Shown in pieces: positions 1 to 12,177 of a stretch of DNA of 64,000 nt. The notes beneath the pieces are model-generated. The model saw only the letters and a list, made by a program, of their open reading frames with translations. It ran no database searches and had not been told where the DNA came from. Position 1 is the stretch's first letter; every line of letters starts with the position of its first letter. Source of the DNA: Nitrospirota bacterium. Lineage in GTDB: Bacteria > Nitrospirota > JACRHJ01. Location of the stretch: contig CAVTDB010000026.1 of NCBI GenBank assembly GCA_963733375.1, positions 224,001 to 288,000 on the forward strand, read 5' to 3'. The position numbers and the translations under genes are program-made.

Positions 1-347
1 TAGACGAGTTCCCGATAATCTGCATTGCCGCGCTCGCGGCTGAAGGGAAGACGGTAATCAAGGACGCCGCCGAACTTCGGGTGAAGGAATCGGACAGGAT
101 AGCCGCAATGGCGAGGGAGCTAACTAAAGTCGGCGTGATGGTGGACGAGACTCCGGACGGGATGATTATTACCGGCGGGATGCCTATCCACGCGGCGGAA
201 GTGGACAGCCACGGCGACCACAGGGTTGCGATGGCGATGGCGGTCGCGGGGCTTATTGCCGAGGGTGACGGTATGGTGATAAACGATACCGAGTGCATAA
301 ATACTTCATTTCCGGGGTTTGTCGAACTTTTACATTCATTGGGGTAA
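1..347 (+). CDS. aroA: EPSP synthase, 3' part (truncated by window start)
   Basis: Frame from base 3 reads DEFPII..ELRVKESDRI..SHGDHRVAM..CINTSFPGF, the AroA C-terminal motifs; lies upstream of cmk. Confidence 0.95.
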   Translation, partial: DEFPIICIAALAAEGKTVIKDAAELRVKESDRIAAMARELTKVGVMVDETPDGMIITGGMPIHAAEVDSHGDHRVAMAMAVAGLIAEGDGMVINDTECINTSFPGFVELLHSLG

Positions 348-349
348 TT

Positions 350-400
350 TCCCTGTTCCCCCCTCTTAAGTTAAGAGGGGGGCGCAGGGGGGCGTTATGT
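350..400. repeat. Palindromic REP-like element, family A, copy 1
   Basis: CCCCCCTCTTAA-G-TTAAGAGGGGGG (358-382) is a perfect 12-bp inverted repeat; its reverse complement with flanks matches 36784-36828. Confidence 0.75.
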
Positions 401-401
401 T

Positions 402-1076
402 ATGAAAAAAGTAATAGTCGCCATAGACGGCCCTTCGGGGGCCGGGAAGAGCACTGTCGGCAAGATGCTCGCGAAGGAACTGGGCTACCTCTATATAGAC
501 ACCGGGGCCATGTACCGCGCAATCGGCTTGAAGGCTGTCCGCGAAGGTGTCGAGCTGAAAGAAGGGGACGCCCTCCGGAGCTTTGCAGAGGACGGAAGTG
601 CAGACTTGTTCAGGCGGATGGCGGGTGTCAAGGTATATCTGGATAACGAAGACGTAAGCGAAGCGATCCGCACGCCGGAGATGGGCATGGTAGCATCCGC
701 CGTATCCGCCCAGCCCTGCGTCCGGGAGAGGCTTCTTGAGCTTCAGAGGAAACTGGGCGAGGGCGGCGGGGTAGTGCTTGAAGGGCGCGATATAGGGACG
801 GTGGTCTTCCCCGATGCCGAGGTGAAATTTTACCTGGACGCGAAGGTGGAGGAAAGGGCGAAGCGGCGCTGGCTGGAATTCCAGTCGAAGGGGATGGAGG
901 CGGACCTTAAGACAACGATCGAAGACGTGGCGAAGAGGGACTACGACGACAGCCACCGTGAAATCGCGCCGCTGAAAATAGCCGAGGGCGCGGTAGTCGT
1001 GGACAGCTCCGGGCTGGGAATTAAAGAAGTGGTGGCCCTGATGAAGAAGAAGGTGCTGGAAGTTGCCGGGACCTAA
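402..1076 (+). CDS. cmk: Cytidylate kinase
   Basis: VAIDGPSGAGKST P-loop, DTGAMYR, EGRDIGTVVFPDA. Confidence 0.97.
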   Translation: MKKVIVAIDGPSGAGKSTVGKMLAKELGYLYIDTGAMYRAIGLKAVREGVELKEGDALRSFAEDGSADLFRRMAGVKVYLDNEDVSEAIRTPEMGMVASAVSAQPCVRERLLELQRKLGEGGGVVLEGRDIGTVVFPDAEVKFYLDAKVEERAKRRWLEFQSKGMEADLKTTIEDVAKRDYDDSHREIAPLKIAEGAVVVDSSGLGIKEVVALMKKKVLEVAGT

Positions 1077-1689
1077 GACGCATATCATCTACGACATATC
1101 GCACGCCATCTTTTATATCCTGTTTAAAATCTTATTCGGGTACAGGATTATCGGCCGCGAAAACGTCCCGAAAACGGGGCCTGTCATCCTCGCCAGCAAC
1201 CACGCGAGCTATCTCGACCCCCCATTTGTAGGCACGGCGCTGTGGCGCAGGGTAAATTTCGTCGCGCGTGACTCGCTTTTCAACAGGCCGTGGAAGAAAT
1301 TTTTTCTGGACAGATGTAATGCCTTTCCCATAAACCGCGACCGGCTGGACAAGACGACGCTGAACGAGATACTGGGCAGGCTTAAAAAAGGGGAGCCGGT
1401 ATGCCTGTTCCCGGAGGGTACGAGAAGCCTGGACGGCTCTTTACAGCCGGGTAAGGCTGGAATAGGTATGATAGTCTCTCTGGCGAAGGTGCCGGTGGTG
1501 CCGGTGTATGTGAGGGGAAGTTATTTGACGTTCGGGAAAGTACATAAGTCTTTCCGGCTTACGAAGGTTTCGGTGACTTTTGGAAAGCCGATGGATTTCT
1601 CGGGAACGGAAGGTAAAAGCCGGCAGGAGCGGTACCAGGGCATAGCCGACGCGATAATGGCGGAAATAAAAAGTCTTGAAGAAGCGTAA
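1063..1689 (+). CDS. plsC: 1-acyl-sn-glycerol-3-phosphate acyltransferase
   Basis: NHASYLD and FPEGTRS motifs. Confidence 0.9.
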   Translation: MPGPKTHIIYDISHAIFYILFKILFGYRIIGRENVPKTGPVILASNHASYLDPPFVGTALWRRVNFVARDSLFNRPWKKFFLDRCNAFPINRDRLDKTTLNEILGRLKKGEPVCLFPEGTRSLDGSLQPGKAGIGMIVSLAKVPVVPVYVRGSYLTFGKVHKSFRLTKVSVTFGKPMDFSGTEGKSRQERYQGIADAIMAEIKSLEEA

Positions 1690-1798
1690 TTCCGCATAAA
1701 TATGCTGGAAAACCGTAATAAAATATGTTAGTATTTAAATCTTGCACGATTTCAGGCTTTATAGCCTGAAAATTAAAAAACCGGAGGTACGTAGTCTG

Positions 1799-3554
<1,756 letters not shown>

Positions 3555-3569
3555 GCTTCAGGAGGCTGG

Positions 3570-4466
3570 ATGAACAGGAAGCCCATTGCTTTCCTGATCG
3601 TCGGGGTAATTGTCGTCGTTGCGATTATAATCGCGCTTTCAACCGGCGCTTCACTCTTTTTGGGTGAAGCGCCGCTTGTGTCTTCAAATAAAGTCGCGGT
3701 TGTGAAGATAGAAGGAGTAATCCTCGACCCCGACGACGTAATAGACCAACTAAAGAAATATTCAAAAGACAGCTCGGTAAAAGCCATCGTCCTGCGCATA
3801 AACAGCCCGGGCGGGGCGGTAGTGCCCAGCCAGGAAATCTACGAGGAAATAAATAAAATCCGACGCAAGACCGGCCAGAAATTCGTCGTCTCCATGGGCG
3901 TTGTCGCGGCCTCGGGAGGCTACTATATCGCCTCCGCCGCGGACAGGATAGTCGCCAACCCCGGCACCCTTACGGGCAGTATCGGCGTCATCATGGAGTT
4001 TGCCTCCGCGGAGGAGCTTCTGAAAAAAATCGGGATCAAGGACGAGACCGTCGCCGTCGGCAAGCGCAAGGACGTGGGGGATTTCATGCGGACGATGACG
4101 CCCGACGAGCGGGATTACCTCCAGAGCGTGCTCCACGACGTGCATTCGCAGTTCGTGGATGCGGTCGCCGCCGGACGCAAGATGAAAACGCAGGACGTCT
4201 GGGCCCTGGCGGACGGGAGCATATATACCGGAATACAGGCGAAGGCGCTCGGCCTCGTAGACGACCTTGGCGACCTTGACGACGCCGTAAAAGTTGCCGG
4301 GAAGCTGGCGAATATTCAAGGCGAGCCGAAGGTGGTTACGGAAGAAAAAAAGACCTCGATCCTGGACCTCATCAAAGGCAAAGACGCCGGCAGCCTCTTC
4401 CGCGGCATCCTGGGAAAGAACCTCGGAGGCATGATGTACCTTTACGCCGCGCCGGAAATAAAGTGA
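3570..4466 (+). CDS. sppA: Signal peptide peptidase SppA (S49)
   Basis: N-terminal TM segment, RINSPGG, AASGGYYIA, TGSIGV. Confidence 0.93.
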   Translation: MNRKPIAFLIVGVIVVVAIIIALSTGASLFLGEAPLVSSNKVAVVKIEGVILDPDDVIDQLKKYSKDSSVKAIVLRINSPGGAVVPSQEIYEEINKIRRKTGQKFVVSMGVVAASGGYYIASAADRIVANPGTLTGSIGVIMEFASAEELLKKIGIKDETVAVGKRKDVGDFMRTMTPDERDYLQSVLHDVHSQFVDAVAAGRKMKTQDVWALADGSIYTGIQAKALGLVDDLGDLDDAVKVAGKLANIQGEPKVVTEEKKTSILDLIKGKDAGSLFRGILGKNLGGMMYLYAAPEIK

Positions 4467-4577
4467 CAAAAAAACAATATCTTTAACCTTGACAACAGGT
4501 TATGGATATGTTATTTATTCGTTTAGCATCCTAAAGAAAGCCCATAGAGTTTCATATAAATCGGGGGGGAATAGTTT

Positions 4578-4859
4578 ATGACTAAGGCGGAACTTGTTGA
4601 GAAGGTCTCTGACAAGGTCGACGGTCTTACCAAGAAGCAGACCGAGGTAATTATCAATACCATTTTCGACAGTGTCAAAGAAGCACTTGCCGTCGGCGAT
4701 AAAATCGAGATCAGAGGCTTCGGAAGCTTCAAGATCCGCTCCCGCAAAGAGCGCGAGGGCAGAAACCCGAAGACCGGCTCCCCCGTTTCCGTGCCTTCCA
4801 AAAAAGTGCCTTTCTTTAAGGCGGGCAAGGAACTGAAGGAATTGGTGGACGGCAAGTAG
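4578..4859 (+). CDS. ihfB: Integration host factor beta / HU-family protein
   Basis: MTKAEL..IEIRGFGSF..GRNPKTG; rpsA-sppA-ihfB context. Confidence 0.85.
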   Translation: MTKAELVEKVSDKVDGLTKKQTEVIINTIFDSVKEALAVGDKIEIRGFGSFKIRSRKEREGRNPKTGSPVSVPSKKVPFFKAGKELKELVDGK

Positions 4860-4888
4860 GGATACACCTGTAACTTTTCTTTCTCTAT

Positions 4889-4925
4889 GGCAGGGGCTTA
4901 TTACATTGAGCCGCCTGCCTTTTTT
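4889..4925 (+). terminator. Intrinsic terminator after ihfB
   Basis: GGCAGG-GGCT...AGCC-G-CCTGCC stem followed by T6. Confidence 0.65.
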
Positions 4926-4941
4926 GCTCTTAAGTGAAACT

Positions 4942-6216
4942 ATGGGCTATAAGGATATGCTGGGCCGGGGCGAAGTGGTAACCGTGGATGAGGCCCGCCG
5001 CATCTTTTACTCCTCGTACGTTCTGCCGGACCCGGAGACGGAGGAATTACCCCTTGACCTCCGCCCTCGGACGCGTGCTCGCCTCGGATATAGTCTCAGA
5101 AACCCCCCTCCCGGAATTCCCCCGCTCGTCTATGGACGGGTACGCCGCATCCTCCGCCGATACGTTCGGGGCATCCGAATCGCTTCCGGCTTATCTGAAA
5201 TTAGCGGGCGAAATAAAGATGGGCGAGCCGGCTTCAAAGCCGCTCTCGCGCGGGCAGGTCTTTACCATATCCACAGGAGGGATGCTGCCGCAGGGGGCCG
5301 ACGCGGTAGTGATGCTGGAACATACGCAGACCCTGGGCAAGGACGAGGTGGAGGTATTAAAACCCGTCGCGCCGGGCGAGAACGTGGTCCAGCCGGGCGA
5401 CGATATCAGGGCGGGTGAGACGGTGCTCCCTAAGGGCCACCGGCTCAGGCCGCAGGACCTGGGCGCGCTGGCGGGTATAGGGGTGACGCGGCCGCTGGTA
5501 TTTAAAATGCCGAAAGTAGCCATCATAAATACGGGGAACGAGATAATCCCGGCAGATAAAAAGCCTCTTCCCGGACAGGTACGGGATGTCAATTCATATA
5601 ACCTTGCCGGGCTGGTGCGGCAGGCGGGCGGGGTCCCGGTGCTGAAAGGCATATTCAAAGACGATTACGGCCAGATACGCGGGGCGGTTGAAGACGGCCT
5701 ATCCGAGTGCGATATAGTCGCGCTTACAGGCGGCAGCTCCGTCGGGCTAGGCGACCTGACGGCGAAGGTGATAAACGACGCGGGAGAAACCGGGCGTGCT
5801 CGTGCACGGGGTATCCGTCAGGCCGGGAAAGCCTGTTATAATAGGGGTGGTCAAAGGGCAAGCCGGTCTTCGGCCTGCCGGGGCATCCGGTCGCAGTGAC
5901 GGTATCCTTCGAACTTTTTTTAGGGCCGTTGATTAAAAAAGCATCCGGAGAGACCGACCCGCTGGGCATTGCCGGGATACCGAAGGTCAGGGTGGTGGAG
6001 GCAAAGATGGCCCGGAACTATTCCTCCGCGCCGGGACGCGAGGACCATCTGAGGGTCCTGCTCAAGTCCGAGGGAGGGGAGCTTTTCGCGCATCCGGTGC
6101 TCGGAAAATCGGGCCTTATATCCACCCTCGTGAAGGCGCACGGGACGGTGGTGATACCGGTCGAGAAGCCGGGACTTCAAAAAGGCGAAAAAGTAACGGT
6201 GAGGTTATTTGAGTAA
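4942..6216 (+). CDS. moeA: Molybdopterin molybdotransferase MoeA (frameshifted pieces)
   Basis: SSMDGYA, TGGMLPQGADAVVMLE, TGNEI, TGGSSVG across ORFs 4906/4988/5896. Confidence 0.9.
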
Positions 6217-6222
6217 TGGCTT

Positions 6223-8302
6223 ATGCAGCGAAAAATCTACATAACCGCTACTCCGCTGGATGAGGCCCTGGCCCTGTGGCAGAGGCGCTTGACCGAGGCG
6301 GGCGTATGGAAGCCGCTTCCGGGCGAGCGGGTCGGCGTGGACGACTCCCTTGGGCGGGTGACGTCGGAGGCCGTGGCGGCAAAATTATCTTCTCCTTTTT
6401 ATCATTCGGCGGCGATGGACGGAGTGGCGGTACGCTTCGCCGATACGGTCGGCGCGTCCGAACATCATCCCAAAAAGCTGAAGCTGGGCGAGCAGGCGCT
6501 GTACGTCAATACCGGGAACCCGCTGCCTGACGGCATGGACTCCGTGATAATGGTGGAGGACATAAACGAGGCCGAGGGGGGTATATAGAGATAATCAGGA
6601 TGGGGGGTGGTGGGAGGAGGGAGAGATGTAGGAGAAAATGTAAGTAAGGAAAAGAAAGAGAAGAAAAAAAAAGAAAAAAGAGAGGAAAGGACATAAACGA
6701 CGTAGAGAATATCTATATCGAGATAATCCAGCCCGCTACCCCCTGGCAGCACGTGCGGGTGGTGGGAGAGGACATCGTGGCGACGGAGCTGATCGTCCCG
6801 GAGAACCACCTTGTCCGTCCGGCGGACCAGGCGGCGCTGATTGCGGGAGGCATCACCGAGCTTAACGTAAGGCGAAGGCCGAAGGCGGGGTTGATACCTA
6901 CGGGAGACGAGCTTGTCCAGCCGGGTACGGAACTAAAAAAAGGGGACATCATCGAGTACAACTCCCGCATGCTCTGTGGCATGGCTGGTGAGTGGGGCGC
7001 GGATTGCTAAAAGGTACGATATAGTGCCGGACGACCTGGGCGCGCTTAAGGCCAGGGTGCTGGAAGCGGTGCGTGAATGCGATATCGTCGCGGTGAACGC
7101 GGGCTCTTCCGCCGGGTCGGAAGACCATACGTACCAGGCGATAAGCGAGCTTGGGGAAGTGTTCCTGCACGGGATAAACACGAAGCCGGGAAAGCCCGTG
7201 ATACTGGGGATGGTAGAAGGGAAACCGGTAATAGGGGTGCCGGGTTATCCGGTCTCGGCGTACCTCGTTTTCAAGTTTTTCGCCCGCCCGCTCCTGTACG
7301 CCATGCAGGGGATGGAACCCCCCAGGGCCGAGAATATAAAGGCGACGCTCTCCCGGCAGATGTCATCACCGCTCGGGCAGGAGGAGTTTGTCCGGGTGAA
7401 GATAGGCAAGGTGGGAGAGAACGTAATCGCGACTCCGATGCAGCGGGGCGCGGGAGTGTTGATGACGCTGGTGCGGGCGGACGGCATCGTGCGCATCCCG
7501 GCGGCCTCGGAAGGTCTTGCGGCGGGCAGCAGTGTGGAAGCGGAGCTTTTGAAGCCTTCGGAGGAACTGGAAAATACCGTCGTCTGCATAGGGAGCCACG
7601 ACAATACTCTTGACCTGCTTGGAAATTTCCTGAAGAAAAGAAACCCGAAGCTCGGCCTGTCTTCCGCACATACCGGGAGCCTTGGCGGGATTATCGCGCT
7701 TGAAGAGAAACGAGGCGCATATCGCGGGGACGCACCTCCTGGACGAGGAGACGGGCGAATATAACGTCTCATACCTGAAGAAATACCTGCCGGGCAGGAA
7801 GGTATTCCTCGTGAACCTCGTTTACCGGGAGCAGGGGCTGCTGGTACAAAGGGGCAACCCGAAAGGCATAAAAGGTTTTGAAGACCTGCGGCGGCCTGAC
7901 GTTGTCTTCGTGAACCGGCAGGCCGGGGCGGGGACAAGGCTTTTAACCGACCTGTACCTGAAGCGCCTGGGCATTGAGGCGTCTTTGGTGCAAGGATACC
8001 AGCACGAGGAGTACACCCACATGGGCGTGGCATCCGCGGTGCTCTCCGGGGCGGCGGATACCGGGCTGGGGATACTCGCGGCGGCGCGGGCGCTGGGGCT
8101 GGATTTCCTGCCTGTCGCCCAGGAACGCTACGACTTGGCCATCCCCGGCGAATATTACGAGGACCCGAAGGTGCGTGCGCTTTTGAGCATAATCCGCGAA
8201 GACTCAGAGTTCCGCGAGGCGGTCACCGCCCTTGGAGGATACGACGTGCGGGACATGGGCAAAGTAATGTGGGAGGCCGGTGGACCGGCAGCAGACAGAT
8301 GA
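6223..8302 (+). CDS. MoeA fused to a C-terminal PBP/LysR-substrate-binding domain (frameshifts; noisy insert ~6597-6713)
   Basis: SAAMDG, TGNPLP, GSSAGSED, KPGKP; C-terminal GSHD..VNRQAGAGTR..ERYDLAI. Confidence 0.85.
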
Positions 8303-9833
8303 CGCCGCTTGTGAAAAAATATTTCCTGAAACTTCCATACCCCTTCGGATAACGACAAGACCCCGGACCTCGAACGCGTCCTGGCGGGTCTTGGGCGCGA
8401 GGGGATAACTATTCAAAACGTCCCCATAGGGGTAGTCCGTAAACTGCCCGAAGCGCTGCGGGCGAATAATTTTGAAATAACCGCCACGGTAGGGTTCTTA
8501 AGCGAGCCGGAGCTTATAGACGTGGAGCCGGGGGAGCGGCTGGATAATAATTTCGGGCTTGCCGTGGACCTGGGCACGACGAACATCGTTGGCAAACTGG
8601 TCGATTTGAATACGGAGGCGACTGAAGCCGGTTTACTGCCCGAAGCCGGTCTACCGGCCGAGGCCTCGGAGACCAACCCCCAGACCGCCATAGGCGAAGA
8701 CATACTCGCGCGCATCCACCACTGCCTTAAGGCCGGAGGACTGGAAGACTTGAGGACGGCGGCGGTGGACTGCGTAAGCAGCCTGGCCGGGAAACTCGCC
8801 GGCGTTGCGGGCGTATCCGTAAACGATATTTCCTGCGCCTGCATATCCGGAAACACAACGATGTCGCATTTCTTCCTGGGGCTGGACCCGTACAATATCT
8901 GCCGCGCCCCTTATGTACCCGCCGCCAACCGCTTCGGCGCACTCACCGCAAGGGATATAGACCTGAAAATCAAGCCGGAAGCGCCGGTCCTAGTCCTGCC
9001 GAATGTCGGGAGCTATGTCGGCGGAGACGTCCTGGCGGGGATACTTGCGTCCGGGATGGCGGATAGGGACGGGATATCCATACTGGTGGACGTTGGGACG
9101 AACGCGGAAATAATTGTCGGCAACAGGGACTGGCTGGTCGCATGCGCGGGCGCGGCGGGCCCGGCGCTTGAAGGGGGAGTGGTGAGTTCCGGCATGAGGG
9201 CGGCCCCCGGCGCGATAGACAGGATAAAAATAGACGCCGACTATGAACCGTCCTTTACCGTAATCGGCGGCGTTCAGCCCGCAAGGGATGTGCGGCTCCG
9301 CGCTCATAGACCTGTTGTCCGAGCTTTTCAGGACGGGCTTAATTGACGGCAGGGGGAAATTTATCCCGGCAAAAACCAAAAGGATAATTGAAACTGAAGC
9401 GGGGCTGGCCTATAAGGTAACGGGCGATATAATCTTTACCGAAAAAGACATAGAGAACCTGATCCGGACGAAGGCCGCCATGTATACCGCGCTGACGGTT
9501 ATAACTACCGAAATAGGCATAACTTTTAATGATATCGAGTCATTTTTCGTGGCCGGCACGTTCGGCGAGTATATTGCGGCGGACAAGGCCGTCTCCATCG
9601 GGATGCTCCCGGACATCCCTCTTCATAAATTCAAGCTCCTGGGCAACTCTTCGCTTAAAGGCGCTACCTCTGCGCTCCTGGACCGGGACGCCCGTGAAAA
9701 AATAGAGAGAATAGCCGGGGTGGTAACTTACAAGGAATTAAACGCCAGCGCGGAGTTCATGAGCCTTTACCGGGCCGCCATGTTTTTACCCCATACCGAC
9801 GCCTCTCTTTTCCCGAGCCTGCATAAAATCTGA
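8299..9833 (+). CDS. ASKHA-fold ATPase, RACo/DUF4445 corrinoid-activator family (frameshifted)
   Basis: AVDLGTT, NPQ..GEDILARI, ISGNTTMSH, YVGGD, DVGTNAE, AGPALEGG, CGSALID, AGTFG. Confidence 0.88.
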
Positions 9834-9871
9834 ATTATAAGGATGCTCTAGGAATTCAATTAATTTTTTAC

Positions 9872-9907
9872 TTGACACGGAGTCCTTTACAGTACTAAAG
9901 TTGTCAA
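9872..9907 (+). promoter_or_regulatory. Putative sigma70 promoter with dyad, upstream of the MerR gene
   Basis: TTGACA(9872)-18 nt-TAAAGT; outer inverted repeat TTGACA...TGTCAA and inner CTTTA-N6-TAAAG. Confidence 0.45.
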
Positions 9908-9964
9908 ATATAAATGGCGTTATATTTCTGTAAATTTTAAGCCTTATCCTCGAAGGGAGCAAGC

Positions 9965-10381
9965 ATGGAAAACAACGATGACAAGGTTTGCAAGGAAAGC
10001 CTGCCTCTTTATCCGATAGGTATTGCCGCGGAACTGGTCGGGACGACGGACCAGACGCTGAGGCTTTACGAAAAGCACGGGCTGGTAAGCCCCGCGAGAA
10101 GAAATAAGAACCGGTTCTATTCGGACAACAACATCAAGTGGCTCCGCTGCGTACGCGAGCTGATCCACTCGAAGAAAATAAGCATAGAGGGAGTGAAGAA
10201 GCTCCTGGATTACGCGCCATGCTGGGACATACAGGGATGTTCGGAAGAGGTACGGGAACAATGTTCCGCCTTCGTGGACCGTTCTGCCCCATGCTGGGAA
10301 TTGACCCGGAAGCACTGCAAGAACGGCACGGATTGCGGCAAATGTGTCGTTTACTTAAGCGGGATGGAAAAGCGAAAGTAG
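9965..10381 (+). CDS. MerR/HspR-family regulator with Cys-rich (two-CW-like) C-terminus
   Basis: YPIGIAAELVGTTDQTLRLYEKHGLV HTH; C-terminal PCW..C..C..PCW..C..CGKC. Confidence 0.85.
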   Translation: MENNDDKVCKESLPLYPIGIAAELVGTTDQTLRLYEKHGLVSPARRNKNRFYSDNNIKWLRCVRELIHSKKISIEGVKKLLDYAPCWDIQGCSEEVREQCSAFVDRSAPCWELTRKHCKNGTDCGKCVVYLSGMEKRK

Positions 10382-10450
10382 GAACGGTTAATTAAGCCTG
10401 CCCTTAAGTTTACCCTTTATTACCTTTTCCCATTACGGTAAAATGCACAG

Positions 10451-10906
10451 ATGAAGTTCGCCGCGGACGCCATGCTGGGCAGGCTCGCCAAGTGGCTTCG
10501 GCTCTTGGGCTTCGATACGTCTTACGAAACAGATATCGAAGACAATAAGCTTGTGCGGACGGCCCGGCAGGAGGGCAGGCTTATCCTGACGCGGGATACC
10601 CGGCTGGCCGGCAGGCTTCGCGAAGGGGAGGCGCTGCTGGTAACGGACGACCGGGTAAAAGTCCAGCTCACGCAGGTGCTGGATTTTTTAAAAATGCCGC
10701 CCTCCTCATTTGCTTTACTTTCGCGGTGCGCCGTTTGCAACGAAGTCCTTCGGGAGACCGGGAAAGACGATGTCCGGGACAGGGTGCCCGAATTCGTGCT
10801 CTGCCGGGAAAAAAAATTCAGACAGTGCCCGTCCTGCGGCAGGGTTTACTGGCCGGGCACGCATGCTGTAAGGATAGCGCAAACTTTAAAATCCCTTGGG
10901 CGATGA
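10451..10906 (+). CDS. Mut7-C RNase (PIN-like) domain protein
   Basis: DAMLGRLAKWLRLLGFDT, LTRD, RCAVCN, CPSCGRVYWPGTH. Confidence 0.9.
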   Translation: MKFAADAMLGRLAKWLRLLGFDTSYETDIEDNKLVRTARQEGRLILTRDTRLAGRLREGEALLVTDDRVKVQLTQVLDFLKMPPSSFALLSRCAVCNEVLRETGKDDVRDRVPEFVLCREKKFRQCPSCGRVYWPGTHAVRIAQTLKSLGR

Positions 10907-11956
10907 TGCCGGGCCTTAAAGACTTAAACATAAAAAAGACGGACGGCGCGAAGCTGTTACTATACTCGGCGCTGGCGCTGGCGGTCGTGGTGGTCGGCGG
11001 GACGCTGGGGTATTCGCGGCTTGAGGGCTGGACTGTCCTCGACTCGCTTTTCATGACCATAATCACGATCACCACAATTGGATACGGCGAGGTCCATCCG
11101 CTGGACCCGGCCGGCAAGGCGTTTACCATAACCGTTATACTTTTCGGTTTGGGGGCCGTGGCCTTCGCGGTGCGGAACGCGACGAGGCTGATGCTCGAAG
11201 GGGAGTTGGCCGACATCCTCGGGAGGAGGAAATTGGAGCAGAAGATAAAGAAGCTTAAGGACCATTACATCGTCTGCGGGTTCGGCAGGATGGGCAGGAT
11301 TATCTGCCAGGAACTCGCAAGCTAGCCCGGTGCCTTTCGTGGTCATCGAGAGAAACGCCGAAAACATCGAAGAGGCGGACTGGGAGAGATACCTGATAAT
11401 GCAGGGCGACGCCGACCGCGACGAGACGCTTGTCGAGGCCGGGATAAAAAGCGCGAAGGGGCTGATTTCCGTCGTATCCACGGATGCGGACAACCTCTAC
11501 ATCGTCCTGACCGCAAGGGGGCTTAACGACGGCCTTTATATCGTCGCGCGGGCGGGCGAGGAAGGCTCGGAGCAGAAGCTTCTGCGGGCCGGGGCAAGCA
11601 AGGTCATCTCCCCATATCACATCGGGGCGGACAGGATAGCCCAGGCGATGCTCAGGCCCGCGGTGGTGGATTTTATCGAGTTCGCGACACAGTCTGAGAA
11701 CATGGACCTGAAAATGGAAGAGGTCACTATCGGCAAAGGGTCTTCCCTCGTGGGGCGGGCGATCAAGGACAGCGGGATAAGGCAGGACCTGGACATCATA
11801 GTCGTCGCCATAAAACACGCGGACGGGAAGATGGAATTCAACCCGAACCCCGGCTCCATCCTCCGGGAAGCCGATTGTCTGATTGCGCTCGGACGTCCGG
11901 AGCAGGTGAAGCTCCTGGAAAAAATCACTTCGGATAACGGGGCCGCCGGAAAATAA
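10903..11956 (+). CDS. Potassium channel with TrkA-N/TrkA-C (RCK) domains (frameshift ~11322)
   Basis: TTIGYGE selectivity filter, CGFGRMG, GDA, C-terminal FNP motif. Confidence 0.9.
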
Positions 11957-11958
11957 AA

Positions 11959-12177
11959 ATGACAGCGGAGATTGGGAGAATACTTATTATAACCGGCGCG
12001 GTCCTGCTGGCGTTGGGCGCTCGTGTTCCTTTTATCCGGGAAGCTGCCGTGGATAGGAAAACTCCCGGGCGATATCGTCATACACAGGAAGAATTTTACG
12101 TTCTACTTCCCGCTCGCCACCGGCCTGATCGCCAGCCTGGTACTGACGCTCATCCTGTGGCTCACAGGCAGGAAATA
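11959..12177 (+). CDS. DUF2905 small membrane protein (frameshift ~12020)
   Basis: After the shift reads GKLPWIGKLPGDIVIHRKNFTFYFPLATGLIASLVLT; TAA at 12175. Confidence 0.75.
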
